64,000 nt of DNA from Bigelowiella natans CCMP2755 (GCA_000320545.1 ADNK01000872.1:27480-91479), one strand, 5' to 3'; shown: positions 30,074 through 44,009, numbered from the stretch's first letter. A program made the numbers and translations. Notes: generated from the letters alone by a model not told the origin.

Positions 30074-32645
30074 ATGTTTCCAAAACTCCTGATAAACATG
30101 GAAGACGGCAAGGGAGCCTACAGCAAGACGACGTCGAACTCTACGCACCATTCATCATCAGTGCTACGCCATGTCCTCGTTGTTGGTGGGGGCGGACTAG
30201 CCTCCGAGATTCTTCTGCATATAGTTGGCGCCAATCCCCGGAGCATCACAATATTCGATAATTCGAAAGTGACAATCCGAGATCTTGCTTGCAACTCTCT
30301 TCTCCACCACTCAGACCTTGGTGCGAGGCGCTCGGAGGTTCTTGTAGCAAGACTTAAGGAGATATCAATTGCAAGTACATACTTTAGCGCACATGTCGGT
30401 GACCTGTGCTATGAATTCCTTCTCAATTTCGATGTTGTGATAATGGCCGGCTCATTCTCGAGGAGCGAACTAGAGCGTGTCAATTCATTCTGCCGACATC
30501 GCCGAAAGATCGATTCTCAGGGGAAAATTATGGAGAGTCCAATCAGTTTTATTGCAGCTGATACACGAGGAGTCATGGGTTATGTGATGGTCGATTTTGG
30601 AAACATCTTCCACGTTCCCTACCCTATGGCATTTCACGAAAATTTTGAGACCGAAGTGCTTTCGATCGAGGAGGAGGAGAAGGGTAAGGATAAATTTATT
30701 TTGACAACTAAGGACAATTTCCCAGTAAATATGAAGTCGGGGGATAAAGTTCTCTTGATAAACATGCAAGAAGAAGTTCGTGGTCTAGACGGGAAGGTAG
30801 TCTCAGTTGAGCTTCTCTCAAATAGAACGGCGCGATTCCACACGACCTCTATCAAGTTGTTATCATCTGGTTCGAAGAAAGTCTTTGGAGTTCTTCGATA
30901 TCAGAAAGACCCAGTATCTTTGAAATTCAACTCTATTAGGAGAAGATGGCGGGCTGGAATTGGGTTGAAAGAGAAATCTGCTCAGGTCCAACTTGCATAT
31001 CAAGCAGTCCTGGCATTTGAGCATAACACGAATAGAAAGCCAGCACGTTCACAGTATCCTGATGCCAAGAGAGTTCTGAATCTCGCAGAAAAACTGAATG
31101 ATAGACAGAGACGTGTGGCAATGGGAAGAGCCGGGGTTGGGGTTATTGATGAGAACGTAATCCAAAGCCTTTCACTTCTGTCTGGAGTGGAGATGTCTTC
31201 TATGTGCTCAATTGTAGCCGCACTAGCAGCAGGGGCACTCATCAAATTCAAAAAAGGATTAAAACCGCCCATCTCCGACGCCTACATTCACTACATGGAG
31301 TGTCTCCCCTCAAATTTCGTGAGTAAATTTAAAGGAAGTACTAAGGGTGAAAAAGCAGGAGGAGGAGGCGACATGAAGGAATCCACAATACTTCAACCTC
31401 CTCCTCAACCAGAACAACAAAATCCTAATGATCAAGTCAGCTTGGAAGATCATGTTGCCAGTCATCGTGAAGGGAAAAGGCCAGAGAAAAAAAAGAAGGC
31501 TGATGATGCTTCCTCTTCTCTCGATGATGATGGGAAAGTAAAGGAGGCTGAGTTTGGAGTCTTTCTAGTCGTTGCAGAAGAATCTATTCCAGTCTATTCT
31601 TTACCATCATTTGATGCTCCTAGAGCAGAGAGAGGAGGAGGAGGAGGAGGAAAAACTATAAATGCAGGTGAAATTATCGAAGCAAGCCCAGTCGCCGGCA
31701 CAAGTTGGGTAAAGCATATGCAAGAGAAGAGGTACCTGCCGTCGGTAATTAATGGAAAGAAGGTTCTACTAAAGCTACAGGACATGGACAGTGCTGAGAA
31801 GCGAAGGAATCAAACGATTTGCCAGAAGGGGAGTGAGCCTTTTGGATTAGATGTGCAGCAGCAACTTGGTCAACTACGGGTCCTTGTCATCGGAAATGGA
31901 ACTCCAGCGTATTGCATCTTGAAAGAGCTCTCGAGAATTGGGGTTGGAACCAACAAAGAGGGCGGAGGAGGGATAGTGGTAGCGGATTTTATGCAAGAGC
32001 ATAACCTTAGGTATTGGTGGAGTCATCATTATCATCATCATCATCGTCGTCATAGTAGTACTACAAATTCTGGTGGTGGTGGTGGCGGTGGTGGCGGAGG
32101 TTGTGTTAGTAGTGGTAGTAGTAGTAGTAGTAGTTGTAGTAGTAGCAGCAGAACCAGTAGTAGTAGTCCTCCTGTTAGTAGTGCGGCTATATTCCTACAA
32201 CGTGCCGTGGAGCTGCTGCCAAGTTCTGCAAATATAAAGGTACAATGTTAATAATTATAACTAGTAATTGTAATACGTTATCATCCGACGAATTCATGTG
32301 GTAAGGAGGTATTTAGATCTTGTCATCATTTATGCGTTTTTCTCTAATTCATTACCTCTTTCTTTCTCGTTCAGGTGTCATCACTTGCATGTGCGTTGGC
32401 GTCGTCGCATGGTCAATCGAGTAGTTACGATGTTGTAATCGGGGCATTTGGAGAAGTAGAAGAGATGAATCCCATGGATGAAATTACTCTGCTATGGTTA
32501 TCACACGGTGTAAATCAACTTGCATCCAAACTTACAATGATGCTCAAGGTTGACCATACAGGAACATCTGCACTCATAGATCTTCGAGGAGGAGGGGGAG
32601 GAGAAGGAGGGGGAACAAGGAAGAAGGAGAAGCTCAATGATGAAG

Positions 32646-32676
<31 letters not shown>

Positions 32677-33047
32677 AGCAACAACAACAACAACAACGTC
32701 AACGTCTGTGCTGGGATCCATGTGGAGTACGGCATATTGTCCATCCTCCCTGATGGATTGTCTTTCCTTCGCATGTGGACAGCACAATAAACTCTTCTTC
32801 TCAGGCCCAGCTGCTGCAAGACGCTGCGTAGTGGATGGCCTTAGTACCGCACTTGGATGTGAATTATTACCTAAAAATGCTAATTATGACTACGGCAACA
32901 AGGTGAAAGATTCGAATGGGGAGGAGAAGGAGGAGGAGGGTAGAGGAGGAGGAGGAGGATCAGATAGTAAATCACACGATGATGGTGATAAAAAAGATCA
33001 AGAAGACGAGGTCAAGAAGCAGGAGAAGAAGAGTAAAGAAAAATATG

Positions 33048-33082
<35 letters not shown>

Positions 33083-34705
33083 CTGGTCGTAAGTCAGATG
33101 AAGCAATGCTTGGAGATACTACAACGCCACAAGCGCCTGACGTCCTTCTCAGCATGTATTAAGGAAGCTGTGTCAATATCTGGACAACTGTTTATTTCAG
33201 GAGTTGTAGCGTCTAGAAAATCTCTGTCAAAAGTATTTTTCAGTGACGTGCAGATGTTTAGCTGGAGGGCTGGTATGGCCAAAGAAGTTCATATCAATGT
33301 GGGTGATAACAATAACAATAACAATAATACTGCCCAGAAACATCATTGTGCCGAAGGTAATAAAGAAGAAAAGAAGGAAAATACCAGTAGCAGCAGCAGC
33401 AGCATTTTTGGTAGGGTTCCTTGGTCTATAGTGATGGCTCTTGAGTTCCCAGCGACGACTTTGAGGGGGAAAGGAGCAGCAGTAGCATGGTTGATGACAT
33501 TTGGTCAACAAGAGCAGGGGGGGCTCCAGTGTCTTCTAGAAAACGAGGAGTACCTTGTTATTGGATGTTGGGGTGGAGGCAAGATTCGGCATAAATTAAA
33601 TGCAACGACAAAGAAGAAGAAGGGCCAAAAATATTCAATCACTTGTACTTGGGATGGCAAGTCATTCTCTCTTTATGTCAACGGCGAACATGTAGAGAGC
33701 AAGGAAGAAGGTATGGCTTTTAATTTAAGGTCATCTCTCCTCACAATCTGCACAGCTCCTAACCTGAAAGAAGCTGCATGCCGAGCAGCATGTACACAGC
33801 ATGTAAGAGTTTTAAAACGATGTCTCTCGCCATCCGAAGCAATAAAGGCCCATAGAATTGCACATATACGTTGGCCTTGCTTCTCAAGCATTACCCCTTT
33901 AGAGAAACCTAGTCCCAAGGATGATGATGATCCCATCCTTTATGATTTTATCATGTCTACTGCGAGGCTGCTCTCTTACGTTCATCACGTCAACACACCT
34001 GGTGATAAGGAACAGTTTAAAACTGGAGATGAAGTAAAGCAGCTTATCAAAGATATTTTAAAGGAAGAACAGGATAACTGCACTAATACTGATTCTACTC
34101 AAGAAGAAAATGATGTCGATTCTCCAGAGCTTAGCCCCATAGTATGTGCGCTAAGTAATTCTTCATTGTCCGAAGAAAACCAACAAAAAATTGAAACCCG
34201 ATTAAACCAAATTTCCAAGACTTCTAGTGATATGATAGCATCTTTGACAGACATCTTAGATGACACGAATAAGACACTTACCAGTCAGAAGAAGGTATCG
34301 TCGGCATCATTATCTTCTAGCTCAAATGCTTCGGTGAAGCTCCAAGAATGCAATGAAGAAGAAAATAGCTGCTCAGACGGCAAATCCATTCTCAAATCCC
34401 TCGATTTTTTAGATCCAGATACGCGGGAATTGCAAGCTAGGTTTGTTGCATCTGCTGCAAATCTTCGCGCCAGGAATTTTGGCCTGGGATGTATTGAAAC
34501 AGAGAAATTAATATGTTTCTTTGAGGGATTAAATGGCCCTGTTCCAGCTGCAGCAGGGGCGGCAGGTATGGCAACTATGAAACTGGTTGAGATTGCTGCC
34601 AAGATCTCTGCTAGAGATGATGATGATTATGAAGAAGAGAAGGAGGATGATGCCATCCTTAGTCCCACTTCGTCGCTCACTCACACATTAAGCCTAGTGA
34701 CATAG
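30074..34705 (+). CDS. Divergent UBA1-like (ubiquitin-activating E1) protein, probably catalytically inactive, with inserted domains; 2 exons (intron 32240-32374)
   Basis: Colinear UBA1 blocks: VLVVGGGGLASEIL...DFG (IAD), LAYQAVLAF (4HB), FGLDVQQQLGQLRVLVIG (AAD), SCCH helices, FVASAANLRARNFGL. ATP loop and catalytic Cys are degenerate. Confidence 0.8.
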
Positions 34706-34739
34706 ATTGAAGAAAACATCCATCTAATCAGGGACCTGG

Positions 34740-35420
34740 TACGGTCAACGTACGTGGAAATCCGCAAGCACAGCATGCACATGCATACTAGCATAGCATG
34801 TGAGACATCGTCTGCAGATCGCGCCATACTAGCATAAATCACACGTAAGAAATGCTACTGGCTCGGTCGCATGCATCATCATGCAATTAAAGCGCACGAG
34901 TTCTGGACTGAGCTTTGTTAAGCCGAATGAACCCGCGCGCACATGTGCACGTGCTGCGCGTGCGTACGGTCGTCTCTGCTATAGGTCAAGCCAGCTGTGG
35001 ATACATCGTCATGCAAACAATGCACATGCATCGCTAAGGCAATATCATGATAGCATGTGCTTGAAAGGCATATCATATTAGAAGCGTAAACGACACGAGT
35101 GCGCTAAATGCATCCTAGCTAGTTGCATAGAAATGACAAATCTACGCCATTGCTGATGGATCGATTGCAGCAATCGCTACGTGTTCTAGATTTGCCTACA
35201 TGCATGTTGCTCTAGTGCTAGCCGGCGACTCAAGCGTGTCAAAATGCGTGTGCATACATATAGGTATCAAAATGCATAAGCAAACTAGCAAAGCACACAT
35301 ATTTATTTTTGTTAATTTATATCGGCATTCGTATGATTTCATTAGTCTGCGCTATGGTAATAAGGAGCTCCAAAAACCTTCCCAGCAGCATACTAGTTTC
35401 GATCTGTTTGGTGACTGACA
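34740..35420. other. Palindromic-tetramer-rich zone between convergent 3' ends
   Basis: gcatgcacatgcatactagcatagcatg; cgcgcgcacatgtgcacgtg. Confidence 0.75.
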
Positions 35421-35444
35421 ACTATCCTTCATTGCTTCTAAGAG

Positions 35445-37324
35445 TTAGTTGCGGCTGTTGCCAATGTTCTCATCCGAAGTTCGCTGGTTGGAAGTGATCT
35501 TATCTCCAAGTGACAGAGCTACTCCCTGTGTTTTGCTGCGAATGCGAACATACCCGGTGATCTTTTTGGATGAGGGGTTCTGCTCAACACTAAGGTTCAA
35601 CAAGGCATCCTCACCGAATATGCTGCATGCATACAAGTTTGCAGCGAGAAAACCGCACTCACGATAGTGGTCAATGTCAGGTGTGAGGCATTTCATATTC
35701 GTGATCTTGACGATGTGGTTGAGGTACTCTGTGAGATCCATAAAATCGGTGTTGACTGATACCTTGTTCTCCCACTCAAATTCAGCCCACATTGATCGAA
35801 ACTCAGTGTCTGTACATGCTGCAGGATGTATGTAGTCCATAATATCCATGTGAATAGAATTGAGAACCACAATCTTTTTGTCCACTCCCTTGGAGGTAGA
35901 GTACACTATATTTCCAAATATTACACCTGACTCGGTGGAGGATACTTTGATCGAGACGTTAATTGTTTTGGAAGCGTTTGGACCGATTGTATGCTCTTGA
36001 ATACGATCAGAGATCTTGAGGTCACCAGACGTATTCAGCTCTACAGTGAGATTCTGTAGAGACTCAGATGTTTGATTGACGACTAGGATATCAAGGAGAA
36101 TGTCGTAATCCAGGACGGTGAGATATGCTTCCGCATAGACGCTGTCCGCAAATCCCGTCAATTGATACACTCTTGAGAGCTTAGAGTTGATATCCAGTGT
36201 GGATGAGTCAGATCCCACAGCTTTTTTAACGTCGGCTGAATCTTGATCAACATCATAGAGCTCCTTTTCAGCCATAAGTTGCCGGATGGCAATAACATTA
36301 TCCACATCCTTATGGTCCTCCATATCATCGTTATCTTCGGTATTATTTTCAACTTTCTTGACGTGATCAAGCATGCCCTTGAAACTAGTACGGCATTTAG
36401 CAAGAAAAGCCTTCTGCACCTTCTCTGGGTATAGCAAAGCGTGTATGCACGTCAACACTCGCTGCCTGGAGTCTCTGTCAAGTTTGTTCTTCACTGGGCC
36501 ATAGTTCTCCCCAATTCGTAGTAGAGAGGAAAGGATCAGTAAGCTCTTTCCTATCTGACCGTTAGAGGCCATCGTTCCAAAACCACGCATACTGGCAAAT
36601 CGAAGAGTCATTTTGGCGATTGTAGAGGCTAGGCATGCAACCAAGAATGAGTCGCCATTAAGCAGCAGAGCACGTAACTTTGTTTCCTCCTCCTCGTTGT
36701 CAATGTCTTCTTCCTCCTTCATATCAGTAGCATCAAGAGATGTAATAGTAGAACTAGCGTACGTGCCATCAGCCAGGACCTTCGATTTACCTTCATCCTT
36801 TTCCTTCTCTTTTCCTTCTTTGATGTCTCCATCATCATCATCATCGTCGTTACTCTTTCCTTGTTTCTGTTGTTGCAGTAGTCTTCTTTTGGGAATAAGC
36901 GGCAAAGGCCCAACCAAATCACGTACTGTCAGCAGAGCTTGATCAAGTACTTTTCTTTCTTCAGCATACTCTCCCAGGATCCAAAGAGCGACACGATAAA
37001 CTTCCGATGAACGAATCTCGTCAAACTGTTCCAGGAGTCTCTCCAAGATTTCAACCCTCAGCTTAGGGTACTCTTCTACAATATGTCGTACAAATATCAC
37101 AACATCTTTCGCACCTGCTTGGTGGTCATCTCCAACATAGTTCATAAGGAGACGTACGACACTAGGAACAACTTCAGGAAACTTTACAGCACATCGATGC
37201 AGAGAATCTACAAGAATCTTTCTGTACTCAAGGCTGTCATCGTGACTGGGGGAGTCGGTTTTTAGTAATTCTTTCTTGAGCACTCCCACAACAGATTGTA
37301 CATTACGAGGGGAGAGCAACCTAT

Positions 37325-37355
<31 letters not shown>

Positions 37356-37985
37356 TGAACCGCATGAAGCAGAATGACAGAGACACACACATAGAGAGAG
37401 GAGGAGACTGCTAGAGTCGTCTCGTCAAGTGTACTCAAGATACATACCGCATGCAAAGATCCAATGTTTTCCTTCTAATGTCATTGTTGGGAGTCGTGAG
37501 CGATCGAAGCACATCCATCACCTTTTGGGAAAAACATCAAGAAATCAAGAAAGAGACGGTTTGGTGAATTTATTAGCTGGTGATTGCTTAAGTAAGTATT
37601 ATGTTGTATTGTTGATAGATATAGGAGAGATAAAAAAAAGGACGAGAGAGACTTTCTCCCTCCTCCTTAATGCCTAGTATCGTTACTATTACTATTATTA
37701 TTTTATTATTATTATTATTATTATTATTATCATTATTTACCATGTCGGAGAGAACTGAAGAGTGCCTTTTCTTCAAGCTCTTGAGCCTTCCTAGAATGAT
37801 CAGTTTAACACTGCTGTCGCTTTCGGCTGTGAGAAGTCTCGTGTAGCTGATAATAGGGTGATAGTAATATGTACAGAAACAATAATAACATTAGTTTAGT
37901 AGTATTTTCGTGTAAGAACACATAACCATTAAAGTCGTTTAATGAAGAGTCTTGCAAATTGTTTTGTTAGCATTATATTATATGC

Positions 37986-38036
<51 letters not shown>

Positions 38037-39403
38037 ACGCGCTGACAGCACGGCGGACAGCAATGGGGGCTGCAGATAGAGAGATGAGGGTGTTTGCAGC
38101 TTCATATGCTACAGGGTTGGAGGGACATTCCTGAGATAGGAGAGAGAGGAAGTGGTTGTAATAATAATAATAATAATAATAACAATAATAATTAGTCGGA
38201 GGACGGGAAGAACAGCAGTCAGTGAGTTAATGGTTCTATTCTTATCATCATCATGGCAACCAACCAATCAATCAATGAATGACTCACACATTTCCCCACT
38301 CAAAATATCGATTCGACAAGATTAGCTGATTATCAGTGGATCACTGATGCAAACTATGTGTTGTTGTTGTTGTTGTTGTTGTTGGATAAACAACCGTCAA
38401 AGAGTATATGCAACGAAGATAACGCGATTTGACTTCAGCGAAAGCTTTAGTGCGGGAGACTTTACGAATCAACTCCAAAGCGACGAGTTGAAACGACTCT
38501 CCCAGTGACGGCAATTGGTCCAAGTTAGAGTACAAATATCTACACACACAAATAATTATGAATAATAATAACAAGAATAGGGAAGTCAGTGAGTTAGTCA
38601 GTCAGTCAGTCGTCTCTTACGCCATCGCCTTCTGCTCGGATGCATGGAAAAGCATTAAGAACGCATTGCGACGAGCTGCAGAATCGACCTGCAACACAAA
38701 CAACAACCACGAAGATATTATTATTACTACTATTGTTGTGATTAACAAAAAAGAGGATGGATTCCTCTCAAGAACACTAGTAGCATCATAAACTACCTCA
38801 GATTCGAGAATTTTTTCGATTAATTCAGGTGCGTCTGGAATGAGGTTTGGGAACTTTTCTTGAATATGGAAGACAGCCAATACAGCGTTCTTGCGTACAT
38901 ATCTAAGAAAACAAGAAGATAAGGAAAAAATATGATGATGATGATGATGATGATAGATAATAATAATGATGGTGATGATTCTCCCAAGTAGTAAGTTCTA
39001 CGAGTAAGAAGACGATGATATATGTTGATAAATTACGCGTTGCGATGTTCCAGGTTCGCAGTGATGGCAGGTATGAGACTTTGAAGGATATCAGCCTCCC
39101 GTAATTTGCACAGAAAGCGTAGTGTTGAGCCACGCACATATTCATTAGGATGAACGAGGTTTTTCTTCATCCCTTCACTGATGATGAGGGAGAGAGTTAA
39201 ACAGGAAGACTTCGAAGCATAACAAGAATGAACGAAGAGAAGCAAATTTACTAATATAATATCAGTGACAGAGTGTTATTTATTCATGTAGTAGTACCAC
39301 ACGAGAATCATCTCAGGTCGCAACTTCCCATCAGAGCCATACCTTGAATTCATGCAACCATCAGATTTTTTAATACTTTTATGAGAAACTGATTTTTTTG
39401 CTG

Positions 39404-39447
<44 letters not shown>

Positions 39448-39462
39448 ACGTTGATAAGAAAG

Positions 39463-39527
<65 letters not shown>

Positions 39528-40269
39528 CTCGTCCTAAAGAAACTTGTTTCTACTACTACTCACATGTCGAGGATTTCATAGTAGATGAGCAGCAGCTAGC
39601 TTTCTACTACTACTCACATGTCGAGGATTTCATAGTAGATGAGCAGCAGCTTTTTCAGAGTATGGTCAGAGCTCATTGTGCAAAATTTTATAATGGGCAT
39701 AAGCAAGCGGCCCATATCCTCGCCATGGATAATCCCAGCGATGATGGCCTGAATTGTTCGACGATTTAAGAACATCAGCATGCAACGTGTATACAGTAGT
39801 CACAATGATACAACGTGATGACTAGACATTATGAGGGAGGGGGTGGAAAAAAAAAACAAAAGGATCCACTAAAGAGCATCTTACTTTCATTGCTGCTGTT
39901 TTATCCTCATCTTTCTTAGATTCAAGCTGCTTGATTAATCCCTCGGTCTGCAAAACAACAAACAAATAAGAAGTGCAAGGGAATCAGTTGATGATGGTGG
40001 GATTCAGACAGATACAACATGTGTTATAATTAAGATAGAATGCAAATATTAAAACAACATCATAATATATCGCTTCCAATTACGGAAAAACGTACGAAAG
40101 GGATTGAAATAGGTCACGAGCATTAAGGGGCGGGCAAATGGTGAAAAAGGTAGGTCGCCCTCGTCAGCGTCTAGGGTTGAAAACATCAGTCTGAAAATAC
40201 CTTTATGGGATCTGCAACATCCGTGGGAAGCAGCAACGTACACTCCCTTTCCAGAGCGGTCGTTGGCAT
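35445..40269 (-). CDS. COPB1: Coatomer subunit beta (beta-COP)
   Basis: MPTTALERECTLLL start, HPNEYVRGSTLRFLCKL, LWILGEY, QLTGFADSVYAEA, FRSMWAEFEWENKV, GYVRIRSKTQGVALSLGDKI. Confidence 0.96.
39408..39525. repeat. Intronic (AT)n microsatellites, representative of many SSRs ((CT)n 7886, (GT)n 9984, (CA)n 22799, (CT)n(GT)n 23636, (AT)n 37988, (GA)n 48822)
   Basis: Directly visible. Confidence 0.95.
39547..39651. repeat. 54-bp tandem duplication spanning a beta-COP exon end and splice donor
   Basis: tttctactactactcacatgtcgaggatttcatagtagatgagcagcagct at 39547 and 39601. Confidence 0.92.
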
Positions 40270-41246
40270 GTTCTCGGAGGGCTAAAAAAGAAGAGATGGG
40301 GGGGTGTCGTCTGTTGCTTTATGCTCAGTGCGGAGATTGTTGATGATATCGTCTTGATACAGGCCATTTCTACTCTACGACAATCAAATTGCTCTGCTAG
40401 AAAAGAAGGGTCAACACATGTGAACAAGAGCAAAATCTTAGCGGGATATATCGTAGATTGAGTGCTACATAGAGGCTTGTTGTTGCTGTGTTGTGTTCGA
40501 TATTCATCATTCGACGATGATGAGGTCATCATTCAATTTGTATCTTCTGGCTTGTCATCGTCATCCTAAATAGATCTAAACATGTAAGGCCATATTCGGA
40601 ATGTCGTAACCGTGGTTTCCATGTCGCAGGGATGTAGAAGACTGGAAAGTACGCATTTTTAAATAAAAAATAAGACAATGACAACTAGATCTACGGCGCA
40701 GCTAGAACAGCGAGCGAGTAGGAATTCCAAGTTAAAAAAAAGGTGCAGTAGTTAATCCATTTTCAAGTCAATAATAACCATAAATAGGTCAAAAATACTG
40801 TGGTAATGTCCAGGTTGTTGTACATTCTTGCACACAAATTGTTATCGTTATCATCATCATCATCATCATCATCTAAGTAGTAAAGTAGGTCTGCATCTAA
40901 ACCAGATGTTTTCGGGTTATTAGAATGCACCAGACAGCTGAATGATCACTGCAACAATCACGCAACAACAATTTAGCAACAATATTACCGAATTATTTTC
41001 CTACTACGTGCGTCGATCGATCCTCCCCCTCCTTGCTACTTACTACTGCTGCACTGGAACTATAATACAGCAGAGTTCACTGCTGCAGTAAGAAGAAGAA
41101 GAAGAAGAAGTGCATAGGTCGGTGTCAGTCTTCTACAGCAAGAGCCGGAACTAGACAGGAGCTCACAGTAGTAGCTAGCTAGCATCATCAGGCGAACATT
41201 AAGGACACACACCGAGCAGCCGAATCTTGGAATACATTAGAAAGTA

Positions 41247-42533
41247 ATGCACGAGATAAGGGCCCGTCGGCTTGGCGAGCACACAAATAAGAATAATGAC
41301 AAAGATGCCACCACCACCACCACCACCACCGACAGCACCACTACAAATTCGACTCGACGGACGCAATCGGAGCGCAAAGTCGGGGGCATGTCTAAAAAGC
41401 TGCTTATCATCATCATGACGAGCTGCGCGGTTGGACTTGTGCTATTGAAATGGGCAACAAAACCTAGTTCCTCCTCGCCTTCTTCTCCTTCGGGGGGTTA
41501 TTGCTACTCTGCCGATAAAAGTGTGGATATCAGTTCTTGGTCAGATCGGAACATACCAAAGGATGCTATTGGGGCTAAATACATCACTCCGACTAAGCTC
41601 GAGGAATTAAGGAAGAGCGACAAGATTCCCACTTTAGAATCAGGTTGCTGTTGTTTTTCTATCAGATGACTGTAAGCAAAATGATGATGATAATGATGAT
41701 GATGATGATGATGATGATGTGTTTGTTAACCCACAATCATTCATTCCGTAATAATGTATCAGGAGTTCCTAAAATTATCCATCAAACATGGCCGAATTGG
41801 AAAATAGAGGAGAGTTCACCTGAGTACAAACAGTGGTCATCTTCATGGGGGTAAGTTAAAGTCATCATCACATAAAAATGCTTAAGATTTATCACAGCAG
41901 AGCTAAATTGTGCTTGTTGGACACCTGTATTGCTGGACTAAATAAACTTAAAATTGTGTGTGTTGTTGTGTTTATATCAGAGCTTGTCACCCAGACTGGC
42001 TTCATGTTCTATGGGATGATTGTGATATTCGCAAGTTGTTCCAGATTCATCTCCCTGAATTTCTAGAGTAATTATCGTTTCCTATATCATCATCATCATC
42101 ATCATCAATCCAACAATTAGCATCATTATGAGTCTCTATGCTTCCTCTTCCTCCTCCTTCTTCCAACAGGGTCTTCGATAATTATCCAAATCCTGTACAG
42201 CGAGCCGACATTTTCAGATGCCTTGTTGGGAAAGTCTATGGGGTAGTAATAGTAATAGTGGTAGTAGCAGCAGTTGTTGTTCTTCTTCTACCAACAAAAT
42301 ATCATCTACGAGAAAATTACAACTCACAATCCGAACTTATGTGCAAAGGGCGCTTACGTGGATATGGATTATGAATGCACAGGAGGTAGTAATAGAACAC
42401 CGTTATACATATACATAATGCACCCCGTCGTTGAGTATTTATTTCTACTGTGACTATGAAATGGACTACTACTTCGACTTGATGTAGTAGTAGTAGTAGT
42501 AGTAGTAGTAGTTGTACTCAAATAATAATAATA

Positions 42534-42564
<31 letters not shown>

Positions 42565-42980
42565 CGGGGTAAAAAGGAATTGATGGTCCTACTGGATTAA
42601 ACCCACCTGCTTCAAGCCAGTGTAAGGTAAGATACTGCCATCATCATTGTCATCATTCATATGTGCTAGTATTTAATAATTACGTCATGTCAGGTATTTG
42701 TGGTTTCTTCTCCCGATCCTGAACACGATGGTGTATTGCAGAATGCATTTATGGCATCGGTACTACTATTGTTATTTCACCATATAACATAACATTCAAT
42801 GCTTAATTAGTTGATATTAGTGGGTGGATTGGATTGGTGGAGTGATGCTAATTAAACAACGACAACAATTAGGTTCCACAGCACCCATATTGGGATGAAG
42901 TCTTCAAACTTGCCGTTGAAAGAAGGTGGTAAAAGTGTTAGAATAGATTAATAATCTTGAGTAGGATGATGGATGTCTGG

Positions 42981-43013
<33 letters not shown>

Positions 43014-43584
43014 CAGTGGGTGGTCATTCCGATGCAATGTTGTCTTGACACGGCACCACATAGCAATTATCATTTCGTATTACTACTTGAGAGGGAGGGT
43101 AGAATGATCCATCATCATTAATATTACTATTTCAGGACCACGTTAAATGGGCGAATATTTGGCGAAATTCCGATACACAATACAGGGCCAGGATTAGTCT
43201 CTGATGCATATCTTCGGCTTCCAGAAGGTTGCTACTATTATTCTCGTATTATTATTCTCGTATTATTATTATATAGGAAAAGATACTACATATATCCTCG
43301 TTGACATGAGAATACTCCTCAACCAAATCCAGGAGATGTTAAAGCTGCAGTGTGTGGTCTAAATGCAACCGAGTTTTCAGGACAGGTCACAGATAAACAA
43401 TGGGATTTTCGGAAAGAATGAATTGAGAGAATAATAGTATTTGTTGTTTGTATTGCCCAGGCGCTTGGAATTGCACCATATGCGGTATGTATAAAAAAGT
43501 CCTTCAAAACTGAGAGAAGAGAGTTTGTGGGAGGAAGACGAGAAGGAAGAAGATATTGCAAGATGGGATGAGTAGTTGACAGAC

Positions 43585-43616
<32 letters not shown>

Positions 43617-43722
43617 TGACCACCACATACATACTACTCGGTGTACATTATAGTATTCAGCACATACATATATACTACTGTGTTCCTTTTAGTATTCAGC
43701 AGCCCGATCCATTTCACTACCA

Positions 43723-43760
<38 letters not shown>

Positions 43761-43967
43761 GACACTACTACTGACACAATAATACCGATGATAATAATAG
43801 GTTCATAGAAATGCAGGATCGTGGTGTGCGTGCCGTTTCCCAGCTATAAATTTTATATGTTGGAACAAATGCCGGGGTAAGATGAAGAAGTACATACCTT
43901 CCATGTACAGAGATCTCACTAGGCACAAGAAGAAGGTAAAACAATCTCAAGAAACATATATTTTTGT

Positions 43968-44009
<42 letters not shown>

